Notes under the pieces: model-generated
What the model saw: the letters and a program-made list of their open reading frames with translations, nothing else
What the model was told of the DNA's origin: nothing
Databases searched by the model: none
Shown: in pieces, positions 25,253 to 30,185 of the stretch
Layout of the letters: every line of letters begins with the position of its first letter
Numbering within the stretch: position 1 is the first letter of the stretch
Position numbers and translations under genes: made by a program
Assembly (NCBI RefSeq): GCF_020969955.1
Contig: NZ_JAHDSX010000030.1
Coordinates: 1 to 30,185 of the forward strand
DNA: 30,185 nt
DNA from: Allobaculum fili
GTDB lineage: Bacteria; Bacillota_I; Bacilli_A; Erysipelotrichales; Erysipelotrichaceae
Direction: 5' to 3'

Positions 25253-25513
25253 TAAAGGCAAGAGAAGGACCGGATTTTCGTACATCGAAAAAGAACGCAC
25301 AAAAAATGAAAGGGGTTACACTGAAAAGGTCCAGCCTGAAGAAATAAAAATCGCAAGAAATGAACAAAATATCACACTTATTGCATATGTTCGGCGTTCA
25401 TAAATATTTTTCGGACCGGCATAATGAAAGGGAATACATCGGGCGTATTCTGGTCTCTGTTTTCGGGCAAATTACAAAGACCAAAACCATAAAAAAAGAA
25501 GAAAGGATTATTG

Positions 25514-25609
25514 ATGAAACAATCTCTGACAAACCGGCTGAAACAGACGCTTTCGATCGTCGTTGCGGCGGGCTGTTCACTTTCGATGCTGCAGACCCCC
25601 ATTCAGGCA
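25514..25609 (+). other. Signal peptide of the GH89 enzyme (SPI, or possibly lipoprotein-type)
   Basis: MKQSLTNRLKQTLSIVVAAGCSLSMLQTPIQA|AV. A-x-A-like site after IQA. The Cys21 context VAAGC is only lipobox-like, with Ala rather than L/V/I at -3. Confidence 0.55.
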
Positions 25610-28600
25610 GCTGTTCCTTCTGAGCTGGAAAACATCGCAGCAGACTTTACGATCACAGTTCCCTCTGAACAGAGCGGAAAGCCGAAAGAAAACATGGTCG
25701 ACGGCGATGCTTCTACGCTCTGGGTCAGCAACGGAGCACAGTGGCCGGCGACGCTGATTTTTCGCGCACCTCTGGACACCCCGCCGATTTACAAAATGGT
25801 TGTCAAACTGGAATCCGGGCATCCGGACTGGACGATGGATGTGAAACTCCAGCACGCGGTCAACAGCGTGACGGACGATCTGATTCCGGATACAGAAAAA
25901 GACGACTTTTCCTTTAACGACACGTTTACCTATACGTGGGAAGACGGCATTTCTGCCTCCCATTTCTATCTGACACTTTCCGATCCGAAAAACGGCGGCG
26001 CTGCCGGCGCGTTCTGGCCAGGCATTGCGGAAGTGGAATTATTTACCGAAAAAGGCGGGAACAACCCCGATTCTTCCGATCTGGTCAATATTGCCGGCAA
26101 CGGTACGATCAGCTCTATCACGTCCGGACAGGGCAATCCGGCCAGTCTGATCGATGAAGATTACAAAACGCTTTACATATTTTCTCAGGGGCTTTCGACC
26201 ACCGGAGGCCAGGCCTGGGTTCAGATCGATTACGATCAGAAAAAGACGGTAAAAGCGATTGAAGCTGCCTTTGAAAACAAAGGCGCTTCCGATTCCAACG
26301 GCTTTGTCTTTAGGTACGACATTCTTGGACGGACGAGTGCCGACGGGGAATGGGAAGTGCTGGGCGCTGATCAGACGGCAACACGTCTGGATGGGGACTG
26401 CATCAAACGCTTTACCCTCGATGAGGCCAGAGAACTGCAGGCCGTACGCATTCTGATTAAATCCATTGCGAATACCGGCGGCGATCCCTGGCCCGCTTTA
26501 GCGGAGCTGAAAATTCTTGCCCCTACAGATTCCGTAAAGGATCCTCTGCTTGAAAACAATATTGCCAAAGGCAAATCCATTCATACCAATACGAACCAGG
26601 CGAACGTAAAGAACCTGGTCGACGGTTCGCTGGCTACCCAGTGGAACGGCGACATGTATCCGGCGTATGTGGATATTGACCTGGGCAAAAACTATACGCT
26701 CAGCGATGCGGTTGTATTCACCCCGACTGCGGGCTACAGCCAGTATTCGATCTATACGTCCATGGATGGCGTTGACTTTGAGCGCGTCGCCCGCAAGACA
26801 TCGAAAGAGACCTGCACGAATGAAGGCGAAACCTGGCAGCTCAACAACAAGGAAGCACGTATTATCCGTCTTTACATGGAATACAACTCCGCTTCCGCAA
26901 ACAGCCAGGTTCGTGAATTCGTCCTGCACGGAACGGAGTCGGGAACACCCGTTCAGCCAACACCGGCGGTCAGCGTGCCGGATTTTAAAGATACCGAATA
27001 CGCAAGGGCCGTTACCGAAGCCGATACGATTGCGGAAGTTCAGGGCATTATTTCCCGCCGCATTGGGGAAGCCTATGTCGACTGGTTTACCTTTGAACTC
27101 AAAGATGCCGCCAATGGCTATGACTACTACGATGTCGAAGCCAGAAAAGGAAAGATTCACATTACCGGAAACAACGGCGTGTCTCTGGCCACCGGTCTGA
27201 ACGCCTACCTGGAACAGATCGTCAACGTGCACATTTCTCAGGTCGGCGATCAGGTCAAAATGCCGGAAAGCATCGTTCTTCCTGCGCAGAAACTGCACAA
27301 GGAAACAAAATTCCCGGTTCGTTATTCGTATAACTTCTGTACGCTTTCCTATTCGATGGCGTTCTGGGGCGAAAGCGAATGGAGAAATGAATTAGACTGG
27401 CTTGCTCTGAACGGCGTGAATGTCGTTCTGGATGCGACCGGTCAGGAAGAAGTCTGGAGACGCTTCCTTGCCGAATGCGGCTATTCCCATCAGGAAATCA
27501 AGGACTTCATTGCCGGTCCTGCGTACTACGCCTGGTTTTACATGGCCAACCTTACCGGCATGGGCGGACCGCTGCCGGACAAATGGTTCGCACAGCGTAC
27601 CGAACTCGCCCGTAAAAACCATCGCATCATGCAGGTTCTTGGTATGCAGCCTGTACTGATGGGCTACTGCGGCATGGTGCCGACCGATTTCAAAACCAAA
27701 CAGCCGGAAGCGTCCGTTATTCCGCAGGGCAAATGGTGCAACTTCCAGCGCCCGTACATGCTCAAAACGGATGATTCGAATACCTTCCCGAAATATGCCG
27801 AAATGTTCTACAAAGCGCAACAGGATGTCTATGGAGACATCACGAACTACTACGCGACCGACCCGTTCCACGAAGGCGGAAATACGGGCGGCATGAATGT
27901 TTCCACCATCGCGTCCGAGACGCTCAAAGCGATGATGGAAAGCGATCCGGACGCCGTCTGGGTGATTCAGTCCTGGCAGGGCAACCCGTCCAGCGCCCTT
28001 CTGAAAGGTCTGGAAGGCAATCGGGACCACGCCCTCGTACTCGATCTGTATGCAGAACGCCAGCCGCACTGGAACAGCGCCAGCTATGGCGATGAATTCC
28101 AGCAGACCCCATGGGTATTCTGCATGCTCAACAACTTTGGCGGACGTCTCGGTCTCTATGGCCACATCGAAGGTCTGGAAGGCGTATTTGACGCCATCAA
28201 GAATGCAGACTGCATGGCCGGTATCGGTATCGCACCGGAAGCCAGTCAGAACAATCCGCTGCTTTACGAATACCTCTTCGATACCATCTGGACCGAAGAT
28301 GCAGAGCAGCCGGTAGAACCAATCAATCTCAATCAGTGGATTAAGGATTACGCAAGAAGACGCTACGGCGGCGAAAGCGAAAGCGCTGTAGAAGCGCTCC
28401 AGATTCTGCTCGATACCGTATACGACGGCGTCGAGCACGAACGAAACAACAGCGGCATCGGACAGGGGGCTCCGGAAAATATCCTGAATGCCCGTCCAAA
28501 TCTGACGCTGACTACCGCTTCGACATGGGGCTGGTCGTCGATTCTATATTCCAAAGTCGAACTGCAGAAAGCGCTCGATCTGCTTCTGGAAGACTGGGAT

Positions 28601-29911
28601 ACGCTTAAGGATTCCGAAGCGTATCGCTATGACGTAGTCAGCGTGGCTCAGCAGGTTCTGTCCAACTCGGCACAGGGAATTCTTTCCAAAATGAATACGG
28701 CTTACACCAACCGCGATCTGGATGAATTCACGACCTGGTCGGATAAGCTGATCGAACTCGTCAGCGATTCGGACCGTCTGCTTTCCACAACGAAAATGTA
28801 CATGCTTGGCAACTGGACCGAAGCCGCCAGCCGCATGATCAGCGATCCGGATGACTTCACCAGAGATCTGTTTGATCTCAACGCCAAAGCGCTTGTATCG
28901 ACATGGGGTTCCATTGCCCAGTCGAACGCCGGCGGTCTGCACGACTACTCCAACCGTCAGTGGGCTGGCCTGACGAAAGATCTGTATCTCAAGCGCTGGC
29001 AGATGTTCATTGACGAAAAGAAAAAAGAACTGCGCGGCGAATCCTTTAAAACCTTCAGCGCAGCGGACTGGTTTGAAGTGGAATGGGCCTGGGCGCGAAA
29101 CAGCGACGAACGCTTCTCCGATCAGCCAGGTTCGGATCCGATCAACACACTGGCCGAAAACGTTCTTGAAAAATACGACATCCAGAAAATCGCTCCGGAA
29201 ATTACTCTGGACGGCGTTCTGGAACCGGAAAAAATGACCGCCACTGCTCCCAGTGCGCAGAGCGGAGAAGGACCAGAACGCGTTCTGGATGGAAACAATC
29301 AGACGCTCTGGCACACCCAGTACACCGGAACGCTGCCCACACGGGAACAGTGCTATATCACACTGAACCTCAACGAACCGGCGATGGTACGCTCCCTGCT
29401 GTATTTGCCAAGAAGCAACGCGCAGAACGGCACAATCACCAAATATCGCATTGAGGTTATCGACGACAGCCAGCCTGGAGCGGAGTGGAAAACGGCAGCC
29501 GAAGGAAACTGGGCCCGTGAATCCGGCTGGAAAGAAGCCGTATGGTCCACGCCGGTAAAAGCGACGAAGGTCCGTCTTGTGGCCGTAGATTCCGTCAGTG
29601 TCGAAACGGGCAAAATTTTCGCGTCCGCTGCGGAAATCCGCGTGAAAGGCGTATGGAGTGCGGACATTCCAGATGAACTCGATTACACCTTAATGGATCA
29701 GGCCCTCGAAAAAGCCGATGCGCTTGAAGCGGCCAAAGAGACGTTTGCGATGACAGGCCTCCATGCCTTTGAAGACGCAAGAACGCATGCGGCTTCCGTT
29801 CGAGCCGATGCCCTTACGCAAAAAGAGCTCGATGACGCGGCGCTCCGTCTGAATCAGGCGATGCTGAAACTGCGCAAGAAAGTCGATAAGGCGTATCTGG
29901 AAAATCTTTAA
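25514..29911 (+). CDS. Secreted alpha-N-acetylglucosaminidase (GH89, NAGLU-like) with F5/8-type-C (CBM32-like) modules
   Basis: 1465 aa from the ATG at 25514. Core YSYNFCTLSYSMAFWGESEWRNELDWLALNGVNVVLDATGQEEVWRRFL...FIAGPAYYAWFYMANL...GPLPDKWF...LGMQPVLMGYCGMVP parallels the human NAGLU / Clostridium perfringens GH89 TIM-barrel signature. Three N-terminal and one C-terminal discoidin-type modules. Confidence 0.9.
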   Translation: MKQSLTNRLKQTLSIVVAAGCSLSMLQTPIQAAVPSELENIAADFTITVPSEQSGKPKENMVDGDASTLWVSNGAQWPATLIFRAPLDTPPIYKMVVKLESGHPDWTMDVKLQHAVNSVTDDLIPDTEKDDFSFNDTFTYTWEDGISASHFYLTLSDPKNGGAAGAFWPGIAEVELFTEKGGNNPDSSDLVNIAGNGTISSITSGQGNPASLIDEDYKTLYIFSQGLSTTGGQAWVQIDYDQKKTVKAIEAAFENKGASDSNGFVFRYDILGRTSADGEWEVLGADQTATRLDGDCIKRFTLDEARELQAVRILIKSIANTGGDPWPALAELKILAPTDSVKDPLLENNIAKGKSIHTNTNQANVKNLVDGSLATQWNGDMYPAYVDIDLGKNYTLSDAVVFTPTAGYSQYSIYTSMDGVDFERVARKTSKETCTNEGETWQLNNKEARIIRLYMEYNSASANSQVREFVLHGTESGTPVQPTPAVSVPDFKDTEYARAVTEADTIAEVQGIISRRIGEAYVDWFTFELKDAANGYDYYDVEARKGKIHITGNNGVSLATGLNAYLEQIVNVHISQVGDQVKMPESIVLPAQKLHKETKFPVRYSYNFCTLSYSMAFWGESEWRNELDWLALNGVNVVLDATGQEEVWRRFLAECGYSHQEIKDFIAGPAYYAWFYMANLTGMGGPLPDKWFAQRTELARKNHRIMQVLGMQPVLMGYCGMVPTDFKTKQPEASVIPQGKWCNFQRPYMLKTDDSNTFPKYAEMFYKAQQDVYGDITNYYATDPFHEGGNTGGMNVSTIASETLKAMMESDPDAVWVIQSWQGNPSSALLKGLEGNRDHALVLDLYAERQPHWNSASYGDEFQQTPWVFCMLNNFGGRLGLYGHIEGLEGVFDAIKNADCMAGIGIAPEASQNNPLLYEYLFDTIWTEDAEQPVEPINLNQWIKDYARRRYGGESESAVEALQILLDTVYDGVEHERNNSGIGQGAPENILNARPNLTLTTASTWGWSSILYSKVELQKALDLLLEDWDTLKDSEAYRYDVVSVAQQVLSNSAQGILSKMNTAYTNRDLDEFTTWSDKLIELVSDSDRLLSTTKMYMLGNWTEAASRMISDPDDFTRDLFDLNAKALVSTWGSIAQSNAGGLHDYSNRQWAGLTKDLYLKRWQMFIDEKKKELRGESFKTFSAADWFEVEWAWARNSDERFSDQPGSDPINTLAENVLEKYDIQKIAPEITLDGVLEPEKMTATAPSAQSGEGPERVLDGNNQTLWHTQYTGTLPTREQCYITLNLNEPAMVRSLLYLPRSNAQNGTITKYRIEVIDDSQPGAEWKTAAEGNWARESGWKEAVWSTPVKATKVRLVAVDSVSVETGKIFASAAEIRVKGVWSADIPDELDYTLMDQALEKADALEAAKETFAMTGLHAFEDARTHAASVRADALTQKELDDAALRLNQAMLKLRKKVDKAYLENL

Positions 29912-29971
29912 TCGATACAGAGCTTAAAAAGCCTCTTTTAAAGTCGAACCGGCTGTGACCGGTTCAAAACG

Positions 29972-30022
29972 AAGACCGGCCTCGATTTCGAATATCGAAT
30001 CGAGGACCGGTCTTTTCCTTTT
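29972..30022 (+). terminator. Rho-independent terminator of the GH89 gene
   Basis: AAGACCGGCCTCGATTTCGA / TCGAATCGAGGACCGGTCTT long bulged stem, followed by TTCCTTTT. Confidence 0.7.
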
Positions 30023-30136
30023 GGCCGTCGGTTTGAACCGCAAAAAAACTCGGATCTTCCGTAAGCGTCAAATAAAAGACGGGTATTTTCTCGACCGCCT
30101 CCTTGGGATAATTCCTTTATTCAAGGAGGCTTTTTC

Positions 30137-30185
30137 ATGGAATCAATCATCCCTGCAATCGATCTCGGTATCGATTTCTCCAAAG
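30137..30185 (+). CDS. 5' end of an unidentified CDS (runs off the window)
   Basis: AAGGAGG RBS 7 nt upstream of the ATG. Reads MESIIPAIDLGIDFSK with no stop before the window end. Too short to name. Confidence 0.4.
   Translation, partial: MESIIPAIDLGIDFSK

Noticed and set aside
25307-25320. cre-like box TGAAAGGGGTTACA upstream of the GH89 gene.
   Set aside because: It has GG instead of the invariant central CG and lies about 195 nt upstream of the start codon, which is too weak to call.
1-30185. Search for CRISPR arrays, rRNA/tRNA genes, integrases, toxin-antitoxin pairs or other compact defence-type cassettes.
   Set aside because: I saw no regularly spaced direct repeats, no rRNA or tRNA signatures, and no recombinase, nuclease or toxin-like ORFs. 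The only defence-flavoured module (SWIM plus SNF2) is inactivated.

Overview
About 50% GC chromosomal window from a Firmicutes-type bacterium, judged from two T-box leaders, GGAGG-type RBSs and hairpin plus T-run terminators. Housekeeping genes present: sdaA, leuS, tyrS, an LDH-family dehydrogenase, the shikimate-pathway genes aroE, a chorismate-mutase/shikimate-kinase fusion and aroD, a UMF1-type MFS transporter, and an esterase. These are interleaved with two giant secreted multi-domain glycoside hydrolases carrying F5/8-type-C (CBM32-like) modules. One is a 1779-aa enzyme with a divergent clan GH-D (GH36-like) core; the other is a 1465-aa GH89 alpha-N-acetylglucosaminidase. Together they suggest host-glycan or mucin foraging. 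The window also shows dense gene decay. An SNF2 helicase is truncated at motif I, fused to the tail of an IS4-type transposase, and also frameshifted at its 3' end, next to an intact SWIM partner. A second, multiply broken DDE transposase lies between the aro genes. A TRAP transporter operon is reduced to a dctQ with three in-frame stops, about 35 codons of dctM, and the last 81 codons of dctP. I saw no rRNA, tRNA or CRISPR array. I did not find a convincing intact novel multi-gene system. The best follow-up targets are the unclassified catalytic core and nested architecture of the 1779-aa hydrolase, the anchorless C-termini of both hydrolases, and the dead SWIM/SNF2 module. All family calls rest on motifs read by eye and need HMM or BLAST confirmation.
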